A DNA stretch of 64,000 nt from Eledone cirrhosa (taxonomy: Eukaryota): positions 92,814,001 to 92,878,000 of the forward strand of contig OZ024741.1 of assembly GCA_964016885.1 (NCBI GenBank), written 5' to 3'. Below are positions 42,052 through 53,720 of the stretch, one piece after another. Below the pieces are notes generated by a model. It made no database searches. It had not been told where the DNA came from and saw nothing but the letters and a program-made list of their open reading frames with translations. Made by a program: the position numbers and the translations under genes. Within the stretch, counting starts at the first letter, position 1. The number at the start of each line of letters is the position of its first letter.

Positions 42052-42723
42052 ATGGCTGATCTTAAAACAACCGAAGCAGATTTCAAATCTTCCACTGAGA
42101 ATCTTAAAAAAGAAAACGAATTTTTGACCAGGAAAGCAGCCTATTACAATAAAGATTATTGCGTTGACAATTGTAAAAAATTCCTGATGGAAGAAATTGA
42201 GGACATAAAACAGCCAATATTTTGGCGAGCAGTGATGGCAGAATTTCTTGGAGTCACTTTTCTTGTTTGTTTCGCAATCGCTACTGGAATGAGTAACGAG
42301 AACTTTCAACCAAATGGATTGATCTTCCCCTGCATTGAAGCAGGTATATTTATCGCAATTATCGTCGGCTCTTTGGGCCACATAAGTGGTGGTCATGTTA
42401 ACCCTGCTGTCAGTTTAGGTTTCGCAATAGTCGGTGAAATCAGTTGGATCCGTTTTGTATTCTACACTCTCGCTCAAATGCTCGGCTCCATTGTTGGAGC
42501 TGCAATCATTCGAACTGTTGCACCGTCCTCAATGTATCGAAATTTCGGAGTTATTGCTCCTGGACCTGACGTTACTGATGTACACGCTATGATGATGGAA
42601 CTGTTGATCACATTCTTACTCCTCTTTGGGATTTTGGCAGCCGTTGATAAAGGTCGTAAAGATTCCATCGGGTCTGTTCCACTACACATTGGCCTTATAG
42701 TATCTGTCAATATGTTTGCTTCT
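42052..42723 (+). CDS. AQP: Aquaporin (MIP family, AQP1/AQP4-like lineage), first coding exon A (N-term to TM5)
   Basis: FWRAVMAEFLG, GHISGGHVNPAVS, YTLAQMLGSIVGA, MELLITFLL and AVDKGR..IGL. The open frame of 224 codons ends at donor GTAAGT (42724). Confidence 0.92.
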
Positions 42724-43019
42724 GTAAGTATTGTTCTCTTCTATATTTATCTCAGGATTTAATTGTCAATCTAGTGTTTATCCATCTGTATTTATCAAAG
42801 CTATTTATCAAAGAGACACAACCCCGGTTAACCTGGATATATACTTATACACAGGCATGGACACATTCTTTTATTCTTCGTTGCATAATCAGCAGGCCTT
42901 GAGTTTATTTATATATGATCGAAAGTGTGTGTGTGTATGTGTGAGTGTGTATATATATATATATATATATACAAGGTGTCCCCAAAACATGTATTCACAA
43001 AAAATCTTTAAAAAGTGCA

Positions 43020-43188
43020 TGAGCGTCAGACACCATGCTTTGCACTATAGAGCTATGTCCCTTTACATTCTGAGTTCAAATCCCGTCGAGGTTAAATTTG
43101 CCTTTCATCCTTACGGGGTCGATAAAATAAAGTACTAGTAATACACTGGGGTAATTGCTGGCCTTGTGCCAAAAGTAGAAACAATTAT
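43020..43188 (+). mobile_element. SINE family A (5'-truncated)
   Basis: B box and conserved body present. Confidence 0.8.
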
Positions 43189-43519
43189 TTAAATTATGTA
43201 AACATTTTTGGATGTTTACATACAATTGAATTATGTCTATAGATCATTTTATTTTGGGGAATGGCTATGCATTCTAATAAATATTTCCTGCACAAGTAAT
43301 CAAAGAATGTATACATTTTGGGGGACACCCTCTATATACATATATATATGTGTGTGTGTGTGTGTGTGGCAAGGTTTTTTATATGAAATCGTGTGTTGAA
43401 ACAAATATTGTTATATTTGGGGAGGGTCATATTGTTATAATATTGCCAGAAATATATAATAAAACACATTCACTGTGTTTTATTATGTATTACTGGCAAT
43501 ATTATAACAATATATACCA

Positions 43520-44560
43520 CCTCTGTATGGACTCCGCAAAGACCATCAAACAGCTAACGACCCTATAACAGGACCACCAACAAGACCTGTATGCGGAGCC
43601 AAATTAACTAGCAACTAAAGGATCTGATACTTCCTTTCTATGATTGTACGCCCCATAATTAAGATGTCTCCAGATGCATGTGACAGCACAGAGGACCTCC
43701 TCAGCAGAATCAATGACTGCAACTACACCGAAGATTTGACAAACTGCATAATAGGCAGTATGGATGTAGTGTCCCTGTACCCATCCATTGACATTGATTT
43801 TGCTGAGGGAAAATGTGTGGAAATAATCAGTGAGAATGAGGTTGAGTTCCGTGATGCTGACACAGACAAACTGGGCCTCCTACTTACATATGACGGAGAA
43901 TATGTAAATAATTATGACCTGAGCAGTTTGTCCAAGTAGACCAATAAGAGGTAGACCCCCCACCACCACCACCATAACTTCGATGGCTAAAAAGACTCCC
44001 ATAGGAAGATGTAATGGATGGACCAAAGCCATACGGACATCCGAGATAATGATCAGGTGAGAAAAATGAACCCATATGCGGAAGGGGCTAGTGTTAAAAC
44101 TGCCCAAAAGGGTCACATGTTCAAATTTAATCAGAAAATTTACACTCAAGATGAAGGAGCAGCCACTGACATCAGCATAGCTGGCGAGATTGCCAACCTA
44201 TTCATGGTATGGTAGGAAAACAGACTCAGAGAACGCCTAGCAGAGAACTCTAAAGCCCTCGTCATGTATTCTCGTTACGTAGATGATATCAATATAGTAA
44301 TAAAAACACTCCCACAAGAGAGTTCGGGTTTATTGGTACTCCCACAAGAGAGTACCAATAAACCCGAATTAGAAACACCATGGAGAGCATCCAGCAGATA
44401 GCTAATTCCATACACCAGAGCATCACAGTAACTATTGACTACCCTTCCAAACACCCTAAAAATAGACTACCAGTATTAGACACTGAATTCTGGTTACACA
44501 CTATAAACGAGAAAACCCAAATTCTCCACTCACATTACGCTAAAGCCATTGCCTCCAAAT
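43520..44560 (+). mobile_element. Penelope-like reverse transcriptase fragment, decayed
   Basis: IIGSMDVVSLYPSID, FKFNQKIYTQDEG..IANLFMVW, YSRYVDDINI and TIDYPSKHPKNRLPVLD. Confidence 0.8.
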
Positions 44561-44562
44561 AG

Positions 44563-44825
44563 ACAGCCTGGACGAGCTTCGTGTCTCCATTGCCCTCAGA
44601 GTGTGAGCTGACGTCTATACAGGTCTGAAATGTCGGTCTATCGTGCTGCCTGAGTGTCGGTCGCTTCGCGCGTCACACTGAGCTAAACCTCATCATCAAG
44701 AGAGCTTTGGCACGGGCAAACATCGCCTTAATTTTGGAACCGTTTGGGTTGTCCAGAATTGATGGGAAAAGACCTGATGGCCTAACGGTGTGTCCCTGGA
44801 TAAGAGGCAGGTGTCTTATCTGATA
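44563..44825 (+). mobile_element. CRE-clade LINE fragment (RLE domain)
   Basis: [44 protein letters not shown]. Confidence 0.75.
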
Positions 44826-44850
44826 GATGTTTTTTTTCTCCGAAGATAAA

Positions 44851-45344
44851 TGTATAGGTAGATACCTATAGGTAACTGCTGTCCTACAACTGACAATCTA
44901 AAGTGTAGATAAGCGGGAAGAAGCTGTAGCGGTTGTCTCTCTTGTTTTGATTGGGATCTAGACGGGAAGTGGAACCCTTTCTGCAACTTCCGGTCAGAAC
45001 CTTATAAAACTAACAACTTTAAGCTCTCATTCTCTCATTGCCTTTTCGGCACCAGGTCAAGAGCCTCTCATTCGGCTCTGCCATTCATTTGGCCTTCCTG
45101 GCGCCTGGCTGGCCTTAGCCAGGCGTCCTCTGCCAGCCGCGTTTGCCTGGCAATCAAAACGGTAACTACTAACTTTGCTTCATTCTAACAATATCCTCAT
45201 CTTTGACATGTCAACTATACTATCTACCATTGTTAATTAAATATTATACACCCAAACCATGTATTCCTTGTTACATTCATACAACCCAGTATCTTCGCTA
45301 TAAAGCTATTAAAACCATTCCGTTTCTACCAATGTGAAAGTACA
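44851..45344 (+). mobile_element. Probable solo LTR
   Basis: TGTA...TACA termini, internal TATAAAA (~45003), ATTAAA (~45308) and near-TSD ATAAA/ATATA. Confidence 0.5.
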
Positions 45345-45377
45345 ATATATATTTATTTACAGTCATAATATTAATAA

Positions 45378-45730
45378 TGGTTTCTTATATAGGCACAAGG
45401 CCAGCCATTTGGGAGGGGAGGCAAGTCGATTAAATCGACCCCAGTGCATTACTGGTACTTTATTTTATCGACCCTGTAAGCATGAAATGCAAAGTTAACC
45501 TCGGCGGGATTTGAACTCAGATCATAAAGGGCCGTAATTCTATGCTGCAAAGCATGGTGTCAGACCCTCTACCGATACTGCCAATCCACCGCCCTAATAA
45601 TAACAACGATAATGGTTTCTTATATAGGCACAAGGCCAATAATTTGGGGGGATGGGATGGTTGATAAAATCGACCCCAGTGCGTTACTGGTACTTTAGTT
45701 TATCGACCCCGTGTGGATGAAAAGCGCCGC
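45378..45730 (-). mobile_element. SINE family A, one full copy plus a tandem partial copy
   Basis: Reverse complement of family A. Confidence 0.85.
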
Positions 45731-45859
45731 CCTAATAATAACAACGATAATAAAAAAAGAAAAGGAAACAAAAGAAAAAGTAGGTAAATATAGAGAAAAA
45801 AGAGAAAAAGAAGCGCACAGTGATTGTTATATAACATAACACTCGCGTTAACTAGATCT

Positions 45860-45945
45860 TACGGTTGAGTGGTTGCGAAATGTTGCCTCAAAACTCGCTT
45901 GTCCAGTGCATATAAGTAGTTGAAACGACTCCTGGCAGTCAGATC
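45860..45945 (+). promoter_or_regulatory. Putative promoter of aquaporin first exon B
   Basis: GTTGAGTGGTTG..AAAACTCGCT (45890), TATAAG (45911) and initiator-like CAGTCAGA 25-30 nt downstream. Confidence 0.45.
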
Positions 45946-45986
45946 TGTGCATCATCCTGTCAGTGAGTTTAATTCGTATCGATCAG

Positions 45987-46652
45987 ATGGGTGACGAGAA
46001 TTCCACGACCACCATGACTGATGTCAAGTCTACTCCTGACATCTTGAAAAAGAGGGAAAATTCTATCCATGATATCAGGAAAATTATTTCGTGGATAACT
46101 GTAAAAAAATTCCTGATGGAACAACTTGAGGACATGAAAGACCCATTATTTTGGTTAGCGGTGATAGCCGAATGTTTTGGCACCATGTTTCTTGTTTGTT
46201 TTGCAATCGCTGCTAATATGAGTGATGAAAATGCTCCACCAAATGGAGTGATCTTTCCCTGTATTGAATCAGGTATATTTATTACAACAATCATCGGTAC
46301 TTTAGGCCACATAAGTGGTGGTCATGTTAACCCTGCTGTCAGTTTATGTTTCGCAATAGTAGGTGAAATCAGATGGATCCGTTTTGTATTCTACACTCTC
46401 GCTCAAATGCTTGGCTCCGTTATAGGAGGTGCAATCATTCGGAATGTTGCACCATCCACAATGTACCGAAGTTTCGGGGTTGTTGGTCCAGGACCTGGAG
46501 TTTCTGGTACTGATGCTATGGTGATGGAATTGGTGATCACGGTGTTCCTCATTTTTGGCATTCTGGCAGCCGTTGATAAAGGTCGTGAAGATTCCATCGG
46601 ATCTATCCCACTGCACATTGGGCTTATAGTATCTCTCAATATGTTTGCTGCT
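45987..46652 (+). CDS. AQP: Aquaporin, first coding exon B (N-term to TM5), paralog of exon A
   Basis: ATG at 45987; FWLAVIAECFG, GHISGGHVNPAVS and MELVITVFL. The 222 codons end at donor GTAAGT (46653), the same position and phase as exon A. Confidence 0.92.
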
Positions 46653-46783
46653 GTAAGTATTATTCTGGTCTTAATTTTATCTCATCATTTATATATAGGA
46701 AAAAAGTAAACAGAAATAACGAAGCAAGTGACATAGTACAATGAAGAAATATATTTATATACATATATTTATATACATATATA

Positions 46784-46894
46784 CCCACTGATGAAGCCAC
46801 ATGCGCCAATTATGCATTGTTGCATAATATATGCGGACAGAGGGTGCAGTGCACCCTACTGCTGCATTAAGTGTGACCGAAGCTCGAGTTAGGG
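46784..46894 (+). ncRNA. Decayed hammerhead with branched, extended stem II
   Basis: CCCA-CTGATGA-..CACAT....GTGTG..-GAAG-CTCGAG-TT-AGGG. Internal hairpins ATTATGCA/TGCATAAT and AGGGTGCA/TGCACCCT. Core A15.1 is mutated. Confidence 0.5.
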
Positions 46895-47037
46895 AACGAC
46901 TACAGGTATCCGTTTACGTGTGTTGTATTGAAACGAATAACTATGTGTATACTCTGGGAGTTTATTTAACATTACCTATTGAGTACGCTGAGATACAACC
47001 GGTCCTAGCAGTGAAACCTATGCTAGGTCCGTCAACT

Positions 47038-47125
<88 letters not shown>

Positions 47126-47299
47126 TTCGTTTCTGAATTTGTTTAGCAAGATTCTTTATCTGAAATCGTGTGTTGAAACCGATATTGTTATACTTTGGGA
47201 GGGTCATGTTGCCAATAAGAAACACACGCACCAGTTGCTTTCACTTCAATTTATTATATATTTATAAATTTATAAATTTACAAATCTACAAACTTATAA

Positions 47300-47815
47300 A
47301 TTTCTGGTTGGTTGGTTGGTTCCACAACCAGATAGTTGTTTATATATAGTCATAGTCCTTTCGTCACACACTCTGTGATCTCTTCAGTGACTGGGGATTC
47401 CTTTCTTTGTTTCTGTGCCTTTCCTTTCTTCTGTCCTACGCCATTTTGTTTCTGTGTGTGTGTGTTGTGTGCTCAGTTTGCGCATGCGCCACATCCGGGT
47501 GTCTGTGTGTGTTTGTGTTCATTTATCTATTTGTTTATTTATTTATTTATTTATTGTTGGTTGGTTGTTTGTTCTATGTGTGTGTGTGTTTTCATTTTGT
47601 CCTTAATTGTAAGTTGTGATGTTGCTGTTCCACTCATATTTTCTATTTAATTTTGGTTGTAATTCTTTTATGCTTACTGCCTCTGTAATTTGCCTAAACA
47701 TTGCATCTTTTCTGTGTGTGGATTCTATTTTTATTTCTATGTTCTCTAATCTACCCCTGTGTTCTATCTTAGCATGTTGGTAGAGCACAGATGATTCTTT
47801 ATTATCTATTTTAAT
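47300..47815 (-). mobile_element. Penelope-like 3' end (GIY-YIG C-terminus, 3' UTR, hammerhead)
   Basis: LYQHAKIEH..DAMFRQITEAVSI..LNRKYEW (47603..47788). Confidence 0.75.
47348..47392 (-). ncRNA. Minimal type I hammerhead
   Basis: AGTCA-CTGAAGA-G(A)TCACA(GAGTG)TGTGAC-GAAAG-GA-CTA^TGACT. Confidence 0.75.
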
Positions 47816-48146
47816 TACAGTCGATACTCGACCAAATCATCAGAATACATGATAAGGTGCGCTAGAATTTATACAGTGCGCCAGTATCTTACGAACAGCG
47901 ATTTTTAGACACCAGACTAATGAAACGATTGTTAATACTTTGAATAAACCCTATTGTACAATGTGTAAAACCCAATTGGAAAATGGGTAAAATCCTTGGT
48001 ACAGTTAGGTATATTTTAAAAAAAGGAAAAGAATGACTTCACTTGTAGTTCTAAACAATTTGATTTAATTTTTATAATATTATGAGTTGGTAGATCTAGT
48101 AAATTATTTTTCTAAATATTATATATACTGTATATATATATATAAT

Positions 48147-48260
<114 letters not shown>

Positions 48261-48402
48261 GAGTTTATGTTGGTTGTATACCAACACCTCAGTATGCAGG
48301 CTGGAGCACTCGACGAAGTGCGCAGGTTGGTTTGGTTACTCCGGAGTAGTGTAAAATAAAGTTAAATAAAAGTCAAATGATTAAAATTTAGCTTCGTTTA
48401 TT

Positions 48403-48457
48403 ACTGCTATATATATTTCAGTGACAGCCATCTTTGGCTGTGACCTCTTCAGGCAGT
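48403..48457 (-). ncRNA. Minimal type I hammerhead
   Basis: Reverse complement of 48598-48652. Confidence 0.8.
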
Positions 48458-48597
48458 TTGAATTAGTATGGTATAGAGTCATATGACTCCAGTTCCCCAG
48501 TGAATTAACAACCCAACAAGGAACTGGGCATATCAGAGTATTGACAATATCATACACCTAAACAACATATGTACTTGTCTATACCATACTAATTCAA

Positions 48598-48652
48598 ACT
48601 GCCTGAAGAGGTCACAGCCAAAGATGGCTGTCACTGAAATATATATAGCAGT
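48598..48652 (+). ncRNA. Minimal type I hammerhead
   Basis: ACTGC-CTGAAGA-GGTcACAGCCA(AAGA)TGGCTGTcACT-GAAA-TATAT-ATA^GCAGT, with palindromic stem III. Confidence 0.82.
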
Positions 48653-48721
48653 AATAAACGAAGCTAAATTTTAATCATTTGACTTTTATTTAACTTTATT
48701 TTATATATATATATATATAGT

Positions 48722-48955
48722 GACTCCCATTCTTGCCTTGACTTTACCTCTTCCCATCCAAGCCACACCAAATTCTCCATATTCTACTCCCAATTCCTCC
48801 GTGTTCGTCGGCTCTGTAGCCAGGACCACGATTTCGAAACTCATTTCCTTCGCATGGCGTCCCGCTTTATCCAGTGTGGATATCCCCCCACGCTGATCCA
48901 AGCTGCTCTCACCTACGTCCGTGAAACCGACCGTACCATAGCCCTCTCTCTCCAC
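48722..48955 (+). mobile_element. Penelope-like RT thumb fragment
   Basis: DSHSCLDFTSSHPSHTKFSIFYSQFLRVRRLCS..FIQCGYP. Confidence 0.8.
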
Positions 48956-49379
48956 CTTTCAGCTGAAGAAAGTTAGGCCAATATGAAATTGTAGCGATAT
49001 TGGATTTTTTTTTTTTTTTTGTATATTTTATGAATTCTCTGGAGGTACATGACTGAGTTAAATAATGGCTAACGGTAAATTCCTGAAGTCAATGATCAGA
49101 TTCTAATATGTAGACACATTTCGATATATTACTGATGTAGCTTGAGCGAGATTTTCAACATTTCCTTTTTTTCATAATTTTTTAAACATGTCTTCTTCGT
49201 TTTCTGATTTTTATTCCTGCCGTGCGGCACTTAGCAGCAACCCTGTCAAATACATGTCAGAGATCACCGTCTGATGAGTAAAGTAATAGAATTCCGTTCA
49301 CAAATTCCAGCTGACTGATTCTACACCCGCCAGTCTTGATACAACTTCCAACCCAGCTACACATGTCAATCCTGTCCTG

Positions 49380-49920
49380 TGGTGGTGGCGGGGATGCGTA
49401 TGTTAGTGTTTGTGTTGTGTGTCTTGTGACTTTTGCTTTTTTCGTCCCCTTTCTTTGTCGGCGAAGTCAAAATATTTTTTTTCTCTTTTTTTGTTAGGAC
49501 TGGTTTTCCACTCCTCCACAATCCATGTCCGATTGTGCCGAATTGGGGAGAGGCATGTCCACCTCTTGTTGATGTTGTTGTTGTTGTTGTTGGCGCCGAT
49601 GCTGATGTTGCTGTTGTTTTGGCATTTGTAATTGTTGGTGGAGTTTTTTCTGCTGTTGCTGTGAACGCTGCTGTTTGTGTTGTTCAGTAGGGAATTTGGT
49701 GTTGGAAGGAGACAGGGCCTTGTCTCATTCGTCGTCTATTGTGGGCAGAAAGCATTATGGTGGGTTTTTGCCCCACAGGTATGACATTTTGGCTTTCTAC
49801 CTTCCACGATTATAAAAACGTGGATGCCATCCGTGAGATTTATTATATCGAGGATGACCTCAATGCACTCTTGGTCCATTTGGCAAAGGTCCTGAGCACA
49901 AATCCTTCTTTTAGACCTAG
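49380..49920 (-). mobile_element. Tx1/L1-like ORF1 fragment with CCHC knuckle
   Basis: Minus strand reads IIVEGRKPKCHTCGAKTHHNAFCPQ (CX2CX4HX4C), followed by an AAC-rich low-complexity tract. Confidence 0.6.
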
Positions 49921-49929
49921 CAAATAATA

Positions 49930-50145
49930 ATTTTCTATTTTAAGCACAAAGCCAGCAATTTGAAGGGGAGAGAAAAGTCGATTAAATCAATCCTAGTACT
50001 TACTAGTGCTTTATTTTATTGATCCCATATGGATGAAAGACAAAGCTAACCTCGGCAGGATTTAAACTCAGAACGTAAAGGACTATAACTCTATGCTGCA
50101 AAGCATGATGTCTGACGCTCTGCCGATACTGCCAATCCACTGCCC
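49930..50145 (-). mobile_element. SINE family A
   Basis: Reverse complement of family A. Confidence 0.8.
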
Positions 50146-50863
50146 TTACCTAGCAAATAATAATAATAAGTATAACAACCAACATCCACTACCACAGCAA
50201 TACATAATGAACCACATACTACTACTACCACCACTGCCACCATACCACCTCTCCCACACTTCCCCATACCACTTCACCATCAGCACCACACAACGCTACC
50301 ATCCCCAACACACCATCCCACCATCCCCACCATACCATCCACCATTCACCACAATTACCACCACACCACCCCACCCTCACACCAACATCACCATTAAACA
50401 AACACATCAACAGAGAATATACCACTGCCAGAACTTAGGGTTAATGTCGATGCTCTTTATTGTCTGTTTCAATTAATTTTTGTAGTATTGCTTGGGGTGG
50501 CTACATGATCTGTTGCCTGTGCTAAGTGCACTGTAGAGGATTTAACTTGGCATCTAGTGCTATTCATGGAATGGCTGTGACTTGTTCATCTAAGGTGATG
50601 TTTGATGCTGTTGGCTTTGCCCTGTTCAATGATTGCAAAGTTGCTGACATACACGTCCCATTTGATGCTCATAATTGATCGAAGTTTTTGTTGATAAAAT
50701 CACTCCAGTTTTTGGATATCCTGGCAGTACAAAGTTCATGTTTCAGAACCATAGAGTAAGGTGGAAATAACCAAGGCTCAATACACCACAAGCTTGGTTT
50801 GTAATTAGGTTCTTGTTTCTGAAAACACGATGGAAGAGTTTTCAAAAAGTAACATAGTCAGCT

Positions 50864-50896
<33 letters not shown>

Positions 50897-50899
<3 letters not shown>

Positions 50900-53720
50900 A
50901 AGGTTAAACAATGTTCAATGAATAAATCAAAGAATGAGTTTTACAATAGATTGGAAGCACTCCACAGTAATGGTTTTCCGGAGTTATTAATATTAATTCA
51001 AAATATTAACAAAAATAGACATTCGTGTGATCAAGTATATTTTATTATACATATTTCAGAGGTACTGAGCTATCTTCAACAGTACGTCCTCATCAGATAA
51101 AATAAGATGATGCATGATATACCCTGACTTAGTAGATGGTTAAAATTCAGTCATGGTAGTGAATAATATGACAAAACTCAATATGTATATACCTTAAGAT
51201 TGAGACATGAAAAAATTACATATAATACAGAGGGTGCGTGTGAGAAAGCTTAAAAAAACATAATAGCAATTTACATAACTGTTAGAGATTCAAATAATTT
51301 AAATTATTGAAGAAAGAAGAAAGACATAGAGAAACAGATGAGGGAAAATATAGTTACTAGAAGTATAGAAAGCAAAAGAGAATTGATCAAGGATAGAGAG
51401 ACAAGGAGGAATAATTTTTATAGTATAAAGCATAGGGAGGGAGATTTGTATTGTCGTGGATAAAAAGCATGTGATTAGATGATGCAAATATATATATATA
51501 TATAAAAACATAAATATACATTTGGGCATAGCTTTGTGAAAGAGAATACTCGAATCTTTGAATTATCTAGAAATAATCAATCAATCTAAATATTAAATAT
51601 ATCTGGGTGTAATTATAAGGGTTTAATTTCGAGTCCTTAATTAATTAGAAATATACTAACAATTAACTATATACATTATATATATCCAAACGTATCCGGA
51701 TGACCGTTAAATTTCGAATCATTTATGTTAGTTCAGAATAATGAATTAAACTAAAGGTATAGTATTTCAGTCTATAAAAATTTATAAGTATTTATATTAA
51801 AGTATACCATCATATTTATAAAATCATATTTAAAGTATTTGCAAACATGAGAAAGAAGAGACTTAATATTTTCATCCTCTCGAAGGTAATCCATATTAAA
51901 TTATATTAAAAGAATTTTATATTAAAATAACAATCATTATATAATTTAGAAAGTAATTACAGTTATAACTTTAAAAATTTAAAATTAACAATTAGAATGC
52001 CTTAAAGTATCTAAAGGCCTTATAATTATACTTAAAAATGGTATTATTAAACTAGATATATGCATTTGTCTAAATTTATACAAAGAGTATATTGTCTAAA
52101 GTTCAAGACGATATTAGTCAGTTATACATAACATAATATAATATAATAAATAAGTTACTGTTAATATTGTTAAAATTAAGGTTTTAGATCAATAATTATA
52201 TTAGGATCATGTAATACATATATACTATATACAACTATATACAAATCAAACTTCATGAATCATAAGGATAAGAACCAGATTCAAAATAAATAAGTAAATG
52301 GTTTGCGATCTTATAAGTGCCAAATATCTAAGCTGTATAATTTAAAAATACAAGAAAACTTTTTTATTTTAAGGATCTATATTGTAGTATAATATCATAT
52401 TTAAAGTGTTTGCAAACATGAGAAAGAGAAAACTTAAGATTTTCATCGACCCGAAGGTAACCCGAATTTACTTATATTAAAAAATAATAATCGTTATATA
52501 ATTTAGAAAACATTTAACAATTATAACACTAGAATTATAACACTATAATGTCCTAAAGAACTTATAAAAGTAGCTAGAAGCATGTTATTAAACTAGATAT
52601 ACACATTTGTCTAAATATATACAGAGTATTCTGTTCGGAACTCAAGACGATATTAGTGATCAATATACATATAATAAATAATAAATACAATCATTGTTAG
52701 TAAAGTTATAATTGAAGTTTTACATCAAGTTAAGTGGGAAAAGTTTGTCGACTAGGATCGTGTGCGACGCATATACCATAAATATATATAAACATATAAA
52801 TCAAACATCCTGAATCTTAAAACCAACATACTCCAAATGAATAAATACATAAATATATAAATACATAAATACATGAATGGTTTACGGTTCCTTACAACTG
52901 TTAACGATATAAGCTATATATTTAAAAAAATACAAGAATCCCGATCAAATTAATCAATCAAATGATATGCATATTCATCAAGAGATCATGTTAACAATCT
53001 ATATGTTTATATATCTATATAGAACCCTTAATCTAAGATTAATTATATTATAAATGAATAAAAGTTATTATACGGAACAGGAAAGACAACCGTATGAACG
53101 CGCATGCGCAGAAACGGTCACTTCACCCAGGCAATACAAAACTGCGTGCGAGAGGTGTAAGGGAGATAACTGCGAAAGTCCGAAAAGTTCTAGTTGATAA
53201 GACAATTAGGATGTTGTTGTTATTCAATCCGGAGCTTTTTAGTTATGTAAGAGGTGTTTCCAGACATGTGGACAACGTGTGAAGAATTCATTTCTTGAGT
53301 TTAGCCAATCGCTATTGCGTAATCTCTTTAGAATATTTATCCGTTCGTCAATACATAGTCCACATGACGGATTGCCCCTTGCGTATGGCTTGGACTTGGT
53401 GATGGCTTTCCATTAAATGGAGTAGTCTATACTTGAGTCCTTGAGGGACCATACGTGGCTCGCGAGTTTCGTGGATGATCGTTTGTTCGGGTACCTAAAG
53501 GTCGACTGGTGGTTCAGGAAGCGTTCCTTAAATCGGCTCTCCGCCATACCCACGTCGGATTTGACCTCCTGTGGTTGATTTGGTCGGTTGGAAGTGACCA
53601 CAGCTTCATAAACTACAGCGGGTGTGTTGCATTGCTGTTGGAGGGGGACAAGCTTCAGGCTTTCGGCAAGAGCACCCTGGTGGGGTGTTGGTGATGTGGG
53701 TCTTCATATTCTTAGCGTAG
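50897..53720 (-). mobile_element. Penelope-like element 3' part: GIY-YIG fragment plus ~2.3 kb AT-rich 3' region ending in a hammerhead
   Basis: 53413..53601 reads VGMAESRFKERFLNHQSTF..KLASHVWSLK, continuing WKAI..PY..CGLC. Hammerhead at 51040-51102 on the same strand; ends at (AT)n. Confidence 0.7.
51040..51102 (-). ncRNA. Minimal type I hammerhead
   Basis: TTTTAT-CTGATGA-GGAcGTACTG..CAGTACcTCT-GAAA-TATGT-ATA^ATAAAA. Confidence 0.75.

Larger units (their letters stand above)
48353..48702. repeat. 125-bp inverted repeat (48353-48477 / 48578-48702), PLE terminus
   Basis: Arms are reverse complements and each contains a hammerhead. Confidence 0.88.

Noticed and set aside
42724-42762. ORF extensions past the aquaporin exons (also 46653-46709 and 45963-45986)
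   Set aside because: Similarity between the two copies fades within a few bases after GTAAGT, so the extensions are intron or UTR.
49270-49310. CTGATGAG as a hammerhead core (also the minus-strand CTGATGA near 47840)
   Set aside because: No correctly placed GAAA or closing stems.
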